The position numbers were made by a program, and so were the translations under genes. The notes under the pieces are model-generated. The model saw only the letters and a list, made by a program, of their open reading frames with translations, searched no databases and was not told where the DNA came from. From Tubiluchus corallicola (taxonomy: Eukaryota > Animalia > Priapulida), in the NCBI GenBank assembly GCA_030141605.1, contig JAQGDQ010000266.1:62001-126000 (forward strand): 64,000 nucleotides of DNA, given 5' to 3'. Positions 48,925 through 63,560 of the stretch are shown here, piece after piece; the stretch's first letter is position 1; each line of letters begins with the position of its first letter.

Positions 48925-51900
48925 GGAAGACGTGGGGTGAATGCATGTTTGAGTAAGCATCCGTGATCACCAGCCAGTTCGTACTCAAGAAGTTAGGTAT
49001 AAGCGGCTCCATAGCTTCTCTGGTAGCATCCATGGGTCAACTGCAGGCGTGGATGGCTTGTTTTGATGTTCTCTGCATGAGTCACATCGTCGGCTAGCCA
49101 TCTTGATAGCAGCATCGATACCGGGCCGCAGTAGACAGCAGTTCTTGCCAACTGTTTCGTGCGTTCCATGCCAAAGTGCCCGATATGCAGTAGATCCAGG
49201 ATCTTGGACTGCAGGCTCTGTGGAATCACAGCTCTTGATAAATGGATGAGGCATCCGTGGCAGATACTGAGTGAATCCGACAACTTCCGGAACTTTTCGA
49301 CTTCTTCGTTGATCTCAGCGTGCTTGGGCAGCCACCCTTCTCGGACGTAGCGTATGACTGTAGCACTGGATCTTTCCCTGACTCTTGTTGGAGGACGTTG
49401 GTGTTCACTGGCTTGACTTGAAGACTGAGAACTTTGATGGCATATACCATGTCCATGTCTTCACCATTTTTCTCCCTGTCGAAGTCGTTGTCGTCTCCAG
49501 ATGGTAAGCGACTAAGGGCATCTGCATTGCCGTGGTCTGCTGTCTTTTGGTACTCGTTAGTGTAGTCAAACTGTTTAGCCACAGGGCCCATTAGCTGCAA
49601 GAAGTGGCATCCCCTTCTTCGGTCCGAAGTGAGAAGTTAGTGGCTTAAGATCAGTCACCAGTGTGAAATGACGCCCGTAGAGGTACTGGTAGAATTTCCG
49701 TAAGCCGAAGATAATGACTAGGGCTTCCTTATAAATTTGGCTGTAGTTCCTTTCTGCAACCGTGGGAGTCCTGGACACATTGGCAATTGGGCACTCGCTT
49801 CCGTCCAGATTGCGATGAAACAGGACAGCTCCAATTCCAACATTGGATGCATCACAAGCCAATCCCAGAGGCTTGTCTGGGTCGAAATGCACAACGACTT
49901 GATCTGAGGATAGCACATTTTTCAACAGATCAAATGCTGTTTGCTCCTCATCTCCCCACTTCCAAGGGACTGTCTTCTTGGCCAAGCGGTAAAGAGGCTC
50001 TCCCATAGTATCCAAGTTTGGGATGAACTTCCCGTAGAACTGAACCAAGCCCAGGAAAGACTTCAAGCTTGAGACGTCTGTAGGAGGTGGCATCTTCATG
50101 ACTGCCTCGACCTGGGATCCTTTTGCAACTCCTTCGGTCGATAGGGTGTGTCTAAGATATTCCACTCTTGGTTGTGTGAGCAAGCTCTTTTCATGACGAC
50201 ATCTTAGTCCTTTGTTATTCAGACGAGTGAGCAAGCGTCTCAGGTTGCTCAGGCGGTCATTGGCATCTTGTCCGCCGACGAGCATATCGTCTTGGAAGAT
50301 GACAACTCCAGGCAGATCACTGGTCAGGTTCTCCATGATCTCCTGAAAGTAAATAGGCGCTGACTTGATTCCGAAAAGAAGTCGTTACTACAGGAGTACA
50401 CCACAGTGGGTACTGAGAGCTAGCCTGCGTTGACTCTCGGGTGCCAGCTTAATCTGGTTGTCGGCATCAGCAAGGTCGATCTTCGTGTAGCCATATCTGC
50501 CTCCCAGCTTCTGCATCAGTTCCTCTGGGAGTGGCATTGGGTGACGGTGGTCCTCTAGCTGATCGTTGATGCCGACTGAGTAGTCACCACAGATCCACAA
50601 CTTGGGCTTCTGAGTGCCAGGAGTGTAAGCTTTACGAATCGGTACCACTGGCGTTCCGAACTGGACTGGCTTCCAGACACCTTTGGCGATCCCTTCTTCG
50701 TAACCTTTGGCCAGGTCATCATGAAGACCGAATGGAACCGGTCGTGCCTTGTGAAAAACCGGCTTCGCGTCAGACTTGAACTTCACTTCCAGCTCGAACA
50801 GCTTCTTTGAAGACATCTGGGAACTCGTCACACACGTTGTGGCAATCTCGTTGCAGGGAAGCATAGGACGTTTCAGAGGTCTCCTGATGTGACATTTTTA
50901 CACCCTCGCTCTTGTCATGACTCTCTATGCTTCTCAGTCCAAGAGCATTGTCCACAGAAATTCCCAGAATCTGGATAGCATTTCATCCCAGCAGGTTCAG
51001 GTCAGGGATCTTGGTGACGATGTAGGGAATTGAGCTTTGTTTACCAGTCTTTGGATCCCTGGTCTGGCCCATGAAAGTTCCCAGCACTGGCAGGTCGTGA
51101 TCGCTGGCAGACTCATTGCAATGTCTGATGTCATCCAGCTTTGGCTTTTCTAGCTATTCCCAGACTGGCACTGAAACAAAATTTCCCGTAGTTACAGTGT
51201 CAAGTTCCATCTTGAACTGTTGGTCTTGGATGTTAACTTCGAGATCCAAGCTAGGAGAATCTTCTGGAACTTCACCAAGGATCGCCTTTCAAGCTCATCT
51301 TTCGTGATTCTCCTCACGGACTTCCCAGATTTCCGGTCCCGTTGCTGTCGTTGCTTCTTCCTGCAAACAGCCACCAAATGTCCTTTCTTGTCCCAAAAAT
51401 GGCTTGGCATCTTTGTAGGGACAGTCTATCACCTTGTGGGCCTTTCCACAATGGTAGCACTTTGTATCCATGTCTGGGGAATTTGACTGCTGATGGTTCC
51501 TTCATTGACCCTTGTTCTGTTTGTTCACGGGCCTGGTCTTGGAACCGTAGACAGTTTCCTTAGCAACCTTTTACGCGTCTTCAGTCTTGATAGCGACTTG
51601 GACAGCATGGGCGAAAGTCACATCTTCGTCCTTGATCTTGAAAATAGCCTTCAAGACAGCTTCATTGTTGACAGTGCATATGAATCTCTGCCTCAGAGCT
51701 TCATCTTGTGGGTCTTGGATTGAAGAAAAATCACAGGTAGCAACATCTTGGCGTATGCGAGCTGCTAACTCCTAGAGAGTTTCGCCTGGCTTTCGCTGCA
51801 TGTCACTCCAGGACTTGAAACGTTCTCGCACAATGAAGAATTTCGGGTCAAACTGTTCCTTCATAAAAACCACAATTTCATCTATCGACAGTTCGTTGAT

Positions 51901-52663
51901 ATCCTTGGATAGAGACTGTTGCGTCGCCAGATTCGCCAGTTGTTTGTAGATGGCAGCGGTCTGATCTGTTAGGAAAACTTGAGCCTTGCGTTGGTCAGGC
52001 ACTGCGTTGGGTGCCACGAAGGTACAAAATCTTGACCAGTAGTCAGGCCACAGTTCAGAAGTTGGATCAAAAGCAGCAAATCGTGGAATAGCAGCTGTAA
52101 GTGCCGATGCAGGTGGAAGAGCAGCCTCTTCATAGCGTCCATCTGGCGATCCATCTGTCTCCTCTGGAGATGAATCAGCTGAGCCATTTCTTCTTTGTGC
52201 TGCTGCGTCTGCTGATCCGTTTGTTCCTTATGCTGCAGCGTGAGGAACTTGATAAGTTTGCCCATCTGCTCCGCCATCATTGCTAGGATAAACAACTGTC
52301 CACTGAGTCACCAAGGATCCTGTCGACTGCACCAAAATTTGTTGTGTCTTGTTTCTCTCAGACGGCTCGTAGAGAAAACCAGAAAACACGTCGTCAAATT
52401 ATACTAGTTTATTATGCGAGAATTCTACAACGCAAAAGTATGAAGGAACGCGAAATATTTACAGTAAATGTGATAATCTAGAAACGTGAAAGCGGATCTG
52501 AGAATCTGAGAATAAACTCGAACGGCCAGCTCCGCCTTATATATCAGTGCAAATCAACCATCTAGAAAGTACTGCGCGCATCGCGTATATAAAGTTCTCG
52601 AATCTTCTACAAGGTAAGAAGATTGTTCTACTATACTATAGAATATTCCAGATCTCCACAACA
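48925..52663 (-). mobile_element. Ty3/Gypsy LTR retrotransposon (Mag-like), decayed, truncated within the integrase
   Basis: Order on the minus strand: 5' LTR, PBS-like TGGTGCAGTCGACAGGAT, gag (GHLVAVC knuckle relic), protease, RT (KIDLADA, FQDDML), RNase H (LACDAS, ERNYSQ), ADALSRLP, integrase HHCC. Many frameshifts. Confidence 0.93.
52340..52663 (-). repeat. 5' LTR of the Gypsy element (324 bp)
   Basis: TGTTGTG...CACAACA inverted ends. TATA-like and ATAAA signals on the minus strand. Adjacent PBS. Confidence 0.85.
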
Positions 52664-52739
52664 CAGGGGAAAAGAGACACCAATTGTGAACACCGAATTT
52701 TCTCGCGCACGTTTCAAGAATCGCTAAAGTGATTTAAGT

Positions 52740-54180
52740 GCGTTTCCCAGAAAGTTTTTTTCCCGGAAAACTCGTTTCACAGAAAAGGCATTTCCCAGAA
52801 AGTTTTTTTGGCTAATGTTTACAATTCTCCGCACACAAGAAATTAGTTCGTGAAGCGAATATTAGGGTTAGGGTTAAACTTAGGTTTGGAATTCGGGTTA
52901 GAGTTAGGATTGGGTTGGAATTACGGTATTTAAATTGTGTGAGTAAGTGTAAACTCCTTCCATTTGTAAACGTAAAAACGGATACGGTTTAATGGCTAAA
53001 TCTGGTATTTTAGCAGGATTAAGCCTTCGATTTCTATTTTTCTGTTTGCTTCCCCTGTTTTCCTCTCCTTCTCTCTCTCCCTACCTGTCACTCCTCTGTC
53101 TCTCTCTCTCTCCCTCCCTCCCCACCCCCCTCTCTCTCTCTCTAATTCTTCACGAATTTTCCTCCCTTCTCGTTCTCTCTTCTTCAGCCCCCCTCTCTCG
53201 GATTCTCTCTGCTACTTTTTAATTACCTACAATGACTATCAGACTGTATCAGCCTAAGGGCTCAACCTTGTTTTTTAATTTTCTTTTGACAAGTTTAAGT
53301 TGTTTTAAGGATGAAATTACTTTCTCAAAGTAATTTGCATTATATCATTTGCTGCAAATAATCACTTCAAATATAAATGATTTTCATTCAGTGTGAAATA
53401 AGGTGTAATAAATGATGTTGAAAATGAAAACACCAAGGCTTTGCAAACTATACAGATTTGTGAATATATTGGGTATAAATTTGACCAGCGAATCGTGCTC
53501 CTTCGCAACATTTTTACAGGTTCTTTTATGGCAGGACCGGATCATCCGTTGAGATGAAATACTGAACTAGCACAAGATGTAACAGTCACATTCGGATGCA
53601 TGTACACCTTCTCTAAACACTGAAAAACGAACGAAATAAATCGGAATTACATTAAAAAGTAAACTACCAAAGTGTAAAATTCCTAAGAGGTTTCCCAGCA
53701 AATCAGTTGCCAGGCTTGACTTTGGTAAGCAACCAGATGCCATGATTACTCACTGTGGCCTATATTTGCAAATATTAACACGATTCGTTACCGGATCGTT
53801 CTGAAGTTACGAATCTACTTTCTTGCCTTAACGAATCGCCCAAATGTTTTAATCATATAATCCCTATTAATCAATACGCCTATTTAAAATAAATTACTTT
53901 TTGTTGCGCAATATCTAACTGCCCTTTGGAAAGGATTTATTACATTTTATGTGAATTTTATTTTCTATAAAATGGCGGTTCTAGGGGAAAATTCTGTCAA
54001 AAATCTTTTCTGGGAAGAATCTTCAATTCTGGAAAGTAAGTTTTTTGACAAAACGTTTTCTATTAAATTTTTTTAATATCAGGAAACTGAGATTTGTGTG
54101 AAACTTTTTTGTCAGGCAAAAAAAATTTCTAGCAAAAAACTTATAAGCAAAAGGCTTTTCTGGGAAATGAGTCTACCCCC
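52740..54180. mobile_element. Non-autonomous element with subterminal TTTCCCAGAA repeats and degenerate TTAGGG tract
   Basis: Repeated TTTCCC(A/G)GAA at the left end and inverted TTCTGGGAA copies at the right end. TTAGGG-like tract at 52862-52917. Family unresolved. Confidence 0.45.
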
Positions 54181-55199
54181 AAAAGAGTACCTATATCTTA
54201 GGGAAAAAATAATTTAAACATTAACAACTTGTTCTAAATACTACAATTAACAATGCAGTACTACGGTTGCAACATTCAAGCTGGAAATTCAAGCTGCAGT
54301 CGCTGCTCCGAGAAAAACTCAGTCTGAGCTAGTAGGCTGAAAATAAGTCAACTTAATAGCGCGAAACAATTTCCTGATCCTTACACAAGGTGGCTCTGAT
54401 GACAATATTGATCATTTCTGATCTCATTCATCCGGTTTGCGTTGTGAAAGGGCAGTAATGTTCTTATACTCACTAAATCTACATTATCTAAATTTATTCC
54501 TTTCAACATTTTCTTTTCCATAAGTCATGCATGTATAAATGTAAAATTAGTTTCCTGGAGTTTACTCAGCTGTTCAAAAGGGCAGCAAGATTTTAATATT
54601 AAGCGATTTATTAAACGTGTTGTTTTTACTTCCTGCCCTCGCTTAAAGCGAATATCGATTGAATCCAACCCAGTGTTTGTAGTTGAAAGTAATAGTAACC
54701 TTTCCTACTCGGTTTCAGACAATCTAGTTCGAATGTAGGAATTTCAAGTTCAACTTGCTTAAGAGTCGATTCATAAAACAGAACCGAAAATCTCGCTGTT
54801 ATGCATCTTCATTTGCCATATAAATTGTACATATAAATTAGAATAATAAAATTAATATTCATAATTACTGAGTGTCAGTTATTTCTAAGTCTATTATATC
54901 AAGTCCGGAACACCGACTACAATAACAAATCAGTTGCTTCAGGAGAGCGACAAATATTGCCAGCACGGAATCATAGCTACAAGTGACGCAGATTTGAGAA
55001 AATGGGCGATATATAACACATCGCGCATGCGCACAAAGGTCCTTGGGTGATATTTCAAGCAAAAATCAATAGACACGTATTGTTTAAGGTCTATTGTGTA
55101 CTAATATAATTACTAATGACGTGACCCAAGAGAAAACCTAAACAAGTTTGTTACGCACTACTGACAGTACCTACCTGCTTATAGCTACCTAACAGCCAT

Positions 55200-55640
55200 A
55201 CCTATTACACCACATTAAGCATTAATTCTCATAACAATGATAACAAAAGTTGAGATTATAAATCAGTGACATTGATAAAATGACCACTGTTGGACGCAAA
55301 TGTGTCTGCGCAATGCTAAACTAGACGTGCAGTTAGAAAAATAAAATGTACAGGACGCACAAAACCGACTGAATATAATTAGGGCGATTTAGAGTTGTGC
55401 GACTTAATAGAGCGGGTGAGCCATGCCGGTGTGTATGTTGTCACATTGATGGGATGGATTCTCATTTAGACTTCATAAAGGTTTTTTAAGTTAAATCTAA
55501 ATTTAGAAAAGGATTTAATTTGCTTAATGTTTGTGAATTCCAGAGCTAAATCGAATTTGTTTCTCGCTAAATTCTGGCTTGGTTCTGATTAAAATCTAAC
55601 AAAATATTTTGGACAACTTTGCATCTGATTTTGTAATAAC
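55200..55640 (-). mobile_element. LINE 3' remnant related to the 19-23 kb element
   Basis: Minus strand gives LWNS..IKQIKSFSKFRFNLK (cf. LWNSLPLQVKQIKSLSAFKTKLK) plus the shared 3' UTR motif ACTGCAC..TAGTTTAG.ATTGC..GACACATTTGC. Confidence 0.7.
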
Positions 55641-55679
55641 CAGACACTTGCCGAAGACATCAACGTTACTTTAAATCAG

Positions 55680-57200
55680 TCAGTAGCAAATTGAACCTGT
55701 TGGTTAGCGATTTACAGTCACCAGTCCAAGAAATTACGCCGGATTTCCGTTGAGAAAAAACTGTTAAAACTTAATCGTCAAAAATCAGTTGGCCCAGAGA
55801 GAATTCCAAATTGGATTTTGACTGATTTAGTAGACATTATTTCTAAACCTTTCTAAATGTGCTATTTATAATAGTAGTTTGAGGGAAGGCTTTATTCCTT
55901 CAGCCGTGTTATACCTATTCCAAAATTTAATCAAATTATTTTACTCGAGAAAGAGAAGAGACCTATTTCTCTAACATCAGCACTTAGCAAAATTTGAAGT
56001 CCTCAAGTCAGTTCTTTTCAATATTGATTCTATCCCGAGCAATTCCACTACACAATGTTCTGATTTACTTAATGCATCAACTGCATAAAGCTGCTGATTC
56101 TAAAGGAAGCATCTCTGGAGTTTTGTTATTAGATTTTCGAAAAGTTCTTGATCTCATTGTTCATAACATTTTGTTAATAAAGCTTAAATGTATGCAAGTT
56201 CCGAATATTATGCCTAATTGGCTATCTTACTTCCTCATCCAACGTCGTCAAAGAACTAAAGTTTGCTGAATTACTTCCGAATGTGAGTTGCTGAATAGAG
56301 GGATTCCCCAAGGTACTAAAACTGGATCGAGTCTGTTCGTTATTATAATCAATGATTTACACACAATATGTGATGTCAAGTATATTGATGACACGACTAT
56401 ATTGACTTTGGCAGTTTTACTGATTATCTCAAAATTCAAACCGTAACTAATCAGGCATTACACAGGCAGTGGGCAAACGCCAATAACCTAAATTTCAATA
56501 TGTCTAGATTCAATGAAATGGTTGTGATTTCTTGGTTAATCCTCCTGATAATCCTCCTATTGCCGTCTCCAATTTGAAGGTAAAAAGAGTTAATTCGGTT
56601 AAAAATTTTAGGCTTATAAATAGCTAAAGATTTAACATGGAACATCCATGTCTATTCAGTTTACGCTAAAGCGAATAAAAGAATTTATCTTTTGCGACTA
56701 ATGAAAAGAGTTGGGACATCTCGTAATGTTATGATAAAAATGTACTGCACCGTGATTAGGCCACTCGTCTCTCCCCCAAAATCTCTCTGATTTGTTAGAA
56801 ACTGTTCAAAGGCGGTCACTGATAATAATTCTTCCAAATGAAAGCTAAGTAAACCCTCTAATTTTAGCTAATCTTCAACCTTTATTGACCGTCGCGAAAA
56901 TTCTTGGAAATTGTTGTTCTTATCAAATCAAAATTCTAATAATACAATACACAGTCTATTGTCAGATGCGTATACATCCATCTAAAATACGCCTTGAGAT
57001 TCAAGAACAGCTTAATTCCGTATTGTATATTTAATTTTTAATCATTGGTTTAAACTCGTTCTAATTATGTCATGTATATTGTAACAGTGTAACAGGACTT
57101 GTATGGTCTCTATTTTGATTATTCTATTAAATTTTTATATTTTGTAACTTTATACTGTGCTAAAATTCAACCTCTTGGTTGCAACGATAATAAATAAACT
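55680..57200 (+). mobile_element. Decayed 5'-truncated LINE (RT relic) of a different family
   Basis: KSVGPERIPNWIL, RPISLTS, LLDFRK, GIPQGTKTG and YIDDTT. The 3' end is TTCAACCTCTTGGTTGCAA...AATAAA. Confidence 0.85.
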
Positions 57201-60200
57201 TATATTGTAAATAATTACAAAATCTAACGCAAAACGCGCAATGAGAGACAACGAAAATAAGCATCTGATTATCTAGACAAAATGGTGTTTTATTTACGGC
57301 TTACATGCCATACTTATATTGTTTTTGCAATTTTAACTTAAATTGTTAAAATAATTAGAGAACAGCACAGCGAAAAAAATTACGACGTGAGCTATAAAAT
57401 TTTTTATCGCCAACAGATTGTTTATATACGCGCGAAGGACGATAATAATTCATCAAAATTAGATTTTCAAAAGCATTAATGGCGTCATTACCATTTATAA
57501 CAGAAGAAAGCAAGGCTGTTTTTTGACACAGCTTGACTTTGTCAGAAATCGAATTAAACGCGTTTCCAATAACATGTCTGAATGAATTTGTCATTAGTAA
57601 CTCACAATTATACATTTGCTATGACAATACAACTAATTTACAATCAAGTTATCAAATCAGTTTCAGCATATGCAGTCAAATAATTTATAAATAATCCAAT
57701 AATCCATTAATTGATCCACTAACTGACCAAACGACCGACCAACTGACCAATGACCGTCCCGTTTTCGGGAGATATTACTAAAACACGAAGAAAGATATCT
57801 ACTTTATACTTTTTTACTCGGGTAAACCTTTTCATAAGAACACTTAAGTATAGTGCACTGAAGAGTTGCTAGTAGATGGTTCCCTTGTTTAATAATATAG
57901 GTTTTATAGGACTGTGAGTCTAGGAATTATTCTTGTACCACATTGCACTAATGCAGCCTCGGTGATTTAAGGTAGCAAAGGGCAGGTTGTACGTATGATG
58001 TGGTCCGTTGCGTTGGCTTCTGCTCGGCTGTGACGATCTATGTTAATTAAATGTCTTAAGCACTCACTATTGCAATTACTTGCATTTACATTATTCACTC
58101 TCAATAGAAGTCATTTAGTCAGCCTAGGAAGCCATCAGCCCAGTCACGTGACAGCATTCAGCAAACAGGTTTAATTACTGAGGCTATCATTAAATGAATC
58201 ATGTAGGCAGCAGTTATTGTGCACATTTATTCACACAAGCTGTAAGGTAATCAAGCAAAGCAGCAAATCAGTTTGTCGACATTTTGTTTTTCCCTAAAAA
58301 GACATCCACTGTATGTCTAACAAAATTTGGGAGAAAGAGAGATTATTTTATTATGATGATTCATTTATTCCAAGAATGCAGAAGTGATCTCCAAAACATG
58401 TCCTCTAATCCCAGTACAAACAGCTAACTGTAGCATGTCGAATGCACGAAAAAGTACGTAATTATATACCTATCTGAATTTTTCCTATGCTCTATTATAA
58501 TGCTAGCGGCTTAACCTTTTTTCAAAATGTTGCCTTTTAGTTTTGATGAATCAGTGTTCTCCTTTTAGATATTCTAAAACCACAGCTTGTCTCCACTAAA
58601 TTTAGTTTAGCCGCTCAAAAATTGCATTAATGCGCGTTTCTAGTTTTCTGTTTATATCTTTCCGGTTGTCCTTCACCGAGTGGTTTTGACAAGTACGAAT
58701 ACACATATGAGAGTTACAAAAAGATGATCACGTTGTTATTGCGTTCCACGGATAGGTTAAACATTAACTCCCAACCACTTAGACTTTGAGCTCCAGTACG
58801 ATATCAAGTTCTCAGGGGTAATAATCTTCGTGTTTTTGTGTTTAGAGTAGCGTAACAATCTGTTCGTACAGTTTAATGAGATTAGACAGTAATTGTCAGC
58901 GGGATTCGTCTTAGGCTTACGTAAGTTCAACAAGTTGGTCTTGTGATCGAACTGTCCTGAATTTAGGGCACGGGGCAGCACAAGAGTGTCAGAAGTGGGA
59001 TTGAAACTAACGGAATCAGGGTTTTTTCTGCATCATCGGTTTCTCCTTTAGCTCTGTCCCTTGGTTATTTTTGTATTCAGAAACTTACAGATTTGGTTTG
59101 AAAACAGAACACTTGTTCCGTGGCTCCTGGTGAGAATTCTTCTCAGCTTTTCAATTCAAGTATACCGCAGTAGTAATGATGTCACTGTGTTCTTTGTTTG
59201 CAGTCAACGTGCACCTGGTAAATAATTTTTACTTTATCTCATTCTGGGTGTCTTGTGCCTTCTGCTCATTTTTCACTCATGTCACCTAGCACCTCTAAAT
59301 GTGAAAAACAGGAAGCACCTGCTTATAATATCTAATTCCTGAAAGTATACTCTACATTAGAAATCGACTAATTGGCCTTGCATTCAGTACTTAGTTGAGG
59401 CCAGTGAGACAGTTTATTACCTTAGCTCACCTGAAAGATTCCGTCGTCTTGGTTCAGTTTGATGTGCGTTCAACTCTGCAGTTGCGCTTACTCATAAAAC
59501 GTCATTTGCCACATTAAGACTTTTTGTCACTACTCCTGTGGACGGCTGTGAGGACCTTTCTGTCCTGGTTCCTAAATGCCGAGAGTTCATTGGTCGTACT
59601 TATTATCTGCCGATTCTTACATTCCTATAGTAAATAAATAACTTATAAATCCAGTTTTCCCCTCGAGCTTCGTTACCAAAAAACTGGTTCTCAGGAAGGA
59701 AAAAGTTTACATGATTCAAGAAAAACATCAACAGGGATAAAGAAAATTGCTTATTTGAATTCTTTGAAATTGGCACTGAGAATTCATACTTTTGATTCAA
59801 TGATAAATTTTAACATAAATAAAGCGTTGTATAATCTCAAAATAGATTATTTCTGACTTTCAGATCTCTCGGGTTAGTAGCACAAGTCTATTCAGTTGAT
59901 GAAGCCGTTTAGTGCTTAAATTCCTAAAAGAAAGAAATAATGTATTTGGAGAACTATAAAGGGCTTTCAACGTTTTATTCATGCTAAAGATGACAAGTCT
60001 CTGGAGAATTCTTTCATATTTTGAGACCATTTCTTCAGCTTTAATTCCCTTTATCCTCTAAAAATTACTTTTGAAATTGAGTAATGACAGAATATTAGTC
60101 TTAGATGTTTTATTCATAATCAGTTGATCCATTTGGGTTTTAAGATAAAGTAAATTTAAACTGCTTTTCATGTATGTCTTCGAGTATTAAACTAAACTAT

Positions 60201-63200
60201 GCACAAGGTATGATTTCGGATCTTTTTGCATTTGTGTGATTGGCTGGTCGAATAACTTGGAAGAGATAAATTGTAATCACGATTTCTGTTGTGAAATTTA
60301 TTGCGACGAGAGTATTTTTACTGGTTTCATATTAAAAAGCAGATGACGTTAATCCTCTATAAAGATTTGCTGCACAAAGTCTCATTGCATTTACTGTTTG
60401 CCAATCTTTTATCAGTCTGTGATACCGGCGGGCTCACTGGTTATGCAGTAGAACTAAGATTAGAGGAATTCATTACTTTATTTGCAATCTATCTGGGCTT
60501 ACTTTTGTACTTTTGCTGGCTAATCAGCTTACTACTGATAACCCAACGATATTGCATTGGCTCTTGTACGTTCAGTTAACCTGTGTTTAGTATCGTTCGT
60601 AAAGCGGTTTAGTAGAGCTCAGCTTCTGTGATACCGTTACAGTATATGACAAAATTGTCTTGTAGAACGCATATCAGAGAAGGTATTCTTTCCCTAACGA
60701 TGTTAGCTGAATTTACGTGACATCGACCAATTGTTAGATATCCTCTCCCTTCTGAACCGTGGCCGTGGCGGCTCAAAAAATCCGCAACTCAATATGCGGC
60801 CCGTTCGACATTACTTAGACGCTTTTGAGGTAAGAATCAGATGCCTGTCACATGGACCTGGCTAAAAAAATTTTGTTAAGCAATTTTAATTTGCGATTAA
60901 CGAATGTTAAACAAACTACAAAACCCCAAATTCATCGTCAAATGGACAGATATTCGTACTGTCGTTTTCGAGAAGTTTGTGTGAATAAGAAGTTCAAACT
61001 AGAAGCTGATGATAAAACAGTCCATGCAATAGCCTGAAATAATCAATGTAACGTAAAAAATAAAACTTATTTTAATTCCTGCATTTAACTCGTCTTTAAA
61101 TAGAAATTCACAAAAGAACTCGTTGCATTACATCCTTCATGGTTTCAACACAAGCTTAGAAACCTTAATGTTAGAAACTAGTACAAGTTCTGTGCCGCGC
61201 TTGACCGCACATTATTACAAAAATTATCACACATTATTACACAAATTATCACAAAAATAGTATTCAGTACTACATGTAAAACTTTCACAAACTGCATAGC
61301 GTTTGTTAGCTACTGTCGAGTAAAACATAGTTTATATTTTCTAGTTTACGTTTTGTTTTTGAGTCAAAATTTAACAGCTCTGCTTGGTCATTGTTGTGTA
61401 GCGCTTATCTTATGTTTTTTTTAGAAATTTCTACACGAGTTGTGTGCAGTGCTGTATATTAAGTTTTGGGATTTTCGAAAATCGCTCACAAGTTTTGTAC
61501 ATTGTTGCGTCGTTAAGTTGTGAGTTTTATTGAAGGCTGTGTCATATTTTGGATTACTCCAATGCGTTTTATGCAGTGCTGCATATAACTCCTGCTTTTT
61601 GGAAAGTCACCACATTTTGTGGATGAGTCTCGACTGTTTATTTTTGAAGTTATATGGGAATCTTATGTAATAAATAATTCTTACGTCAGTTGAATAATAA
61701 CAAAGATTGTTGTACGCTATTCGGTACACCGTCAAAATGGCGCAGGTAAAAATTGCACAGATTAAAATGACACAGGTAAAAATGGCACAGGAAAGAAGGG
61801 CACAAATGGAAAAATAAGAAAAAGAGTACATTTATAAAATATGGTTTCCATTTAGTGTAACTGTGGAATAACTATTTTAGTTATCTTTAACTTTGCTAGG
61901 GAAGTTATGCCTCAAGGCTGTATGTTAGCTTGGTTGGTTGTTTTTCAACTGTTATCCGGCAATAAGCCTATTACATAAAAACTACCCAACTGATTTTCGT
62001 GAAACTTTATGAAGAAAGCGGGTAAGGGACAAGAAAGATGTATTCTTGACACAGATTCCTCGACAGGGAGGGAATGTTTCGCCCATTCTTTTTTCACAAA
62101 ACCTGAATGAAAACCACGACGTTTTGTGAATCCCTACTTTTTAAAGGCAAAGCACATATCTATCCCACGTGTTCCTAAATACTTGTCAAAAATTTGAATT
62201 TAACTCAGCTTCTTAGGAAGAGTTGAATGACAATTTTAAAACTGATCTTTGTCCAGAATACTTTTCAGGGCGTCGTTCACCATACCATGATCAAGGCTCT
62301 TACCCTAGGTATGTTCTTTGCAAGTTTTGTAACTCTACATGCTACAGTTCTGGCTCGAACTGACCAACGTCCTGAATGTCCTGCGTGTCTTTGATCATTT
62401 GAGCGAGATCACTGACCGAGACAAATTTCTAAGTTTCACATTGTGGCCTCTATCTCGGACCCTTAAAGAATCCAGGCACACGTCCCGTCTTTACGAAAAC
62501 TTTGAAACGAACTACTTTTGTTTCTTGAAGTCTCAGTGAACAAGCCGTCAGACTGGGGAAATCTTCCGTTGATGTTGGTACGTTTAGCTCTTTTTTAAAA
62601 TTACACGTTTTAAATGCGTTGGAAAGTTTAAACAATATGGATTTTTGTTTTTGCTTCAATAAAGAACTGCATAGCATGTGCAAGGAATAATAAATTTTTC
62701 TCACATATAAACTTCTGTAAATTGAGCTTCGAAGGACTGTGTGAAATTTAACATTAGCATATTTTATTAATTTATTTTTATAAAAAAAATTGCCATTTTT
62801 ACACGCGCTTGTGACGGAGCAACCTTATCTTGCACAGCTAACTATTATTTCGTCGTTATAGCCCAAATAAGAACGGTAAATATGTTGTTGCATTTTCCTT
62901 GTATGACTTGTGTCAGTACCAGAAATTTTTGTCCTTGTTTTCCATGTTTTTCAGAGTTTCTCCTTCTACTCCTTCTATATCCAAATAAGGTGTTGGGCAG
63001 CCGCTAAAACTGTTTTGCCTCAAAATTCGTTAAAAGACATGATATTTCTTGTTTGCATTAAATGTTTCTTATTTTCCGTATAAACTGGTAATTTAAAAAA
63101 GCTTTTAAAGAACGCTTCTTCCAACAAAGTATACACAGACAAATCAGAACTTGAGATATTACGCATGCGTCTCAAATTTTTGCTGGCAGGGTTTCTTGCT

Positions 63201-63505
63201 CAAACAAAATAATGATATAGAAAATTTATTTTTCTAGATTTAGTGCTTCTGTGTGCACAAAGCGAGACGCGGTAGCGGAAGGCTGTTACTGTTGTGATGA
63301 AAAGAAACATGCACAATCTGAAAATACCTAATTTTATAGCGTGTCGCGTTGCACAAGAAATAATTTCGCGTCGCCTGAAGATAAAAAAACATTCTTATTA
63401 TAATATAAAATTCTCGCAACGTTTGATGTATAACTAAGATAGCAGGTCATGTAAGCTCTCTATTCAAGTTTGACCAGAACGACTAATGAGTTTCTTTCTT
63501 GGTTT

Positions 63506-63560
63506 TTGTTGTTGTTGTTGTGTCGTCGTCGTCGTTGTTGTCGTTGTCGTTGTCGTCGTC
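63506..63560. repeat. (GTT)n/(GTC)n microsatellite
   Basis: Direct inspection. Confidence 0.85.

Noticed and set aside
58985-59010. tRNA-Leu gene (GTGTCAGAAGTGGGATT)
   Set aside because: Only a 3' fragment is present and no cloverleaf forms. It is probably a decayed SINE head or PBS.
59091-59111. CAG|ATTTGGTTTGAAAACAGA translates as IWFENR, like homeodomain helix 3 at a classic intron position
   Set aside because: It lacks the following basic residues (continues TLVPW) and no upstream homeobox exon was found, so it is likely chance.
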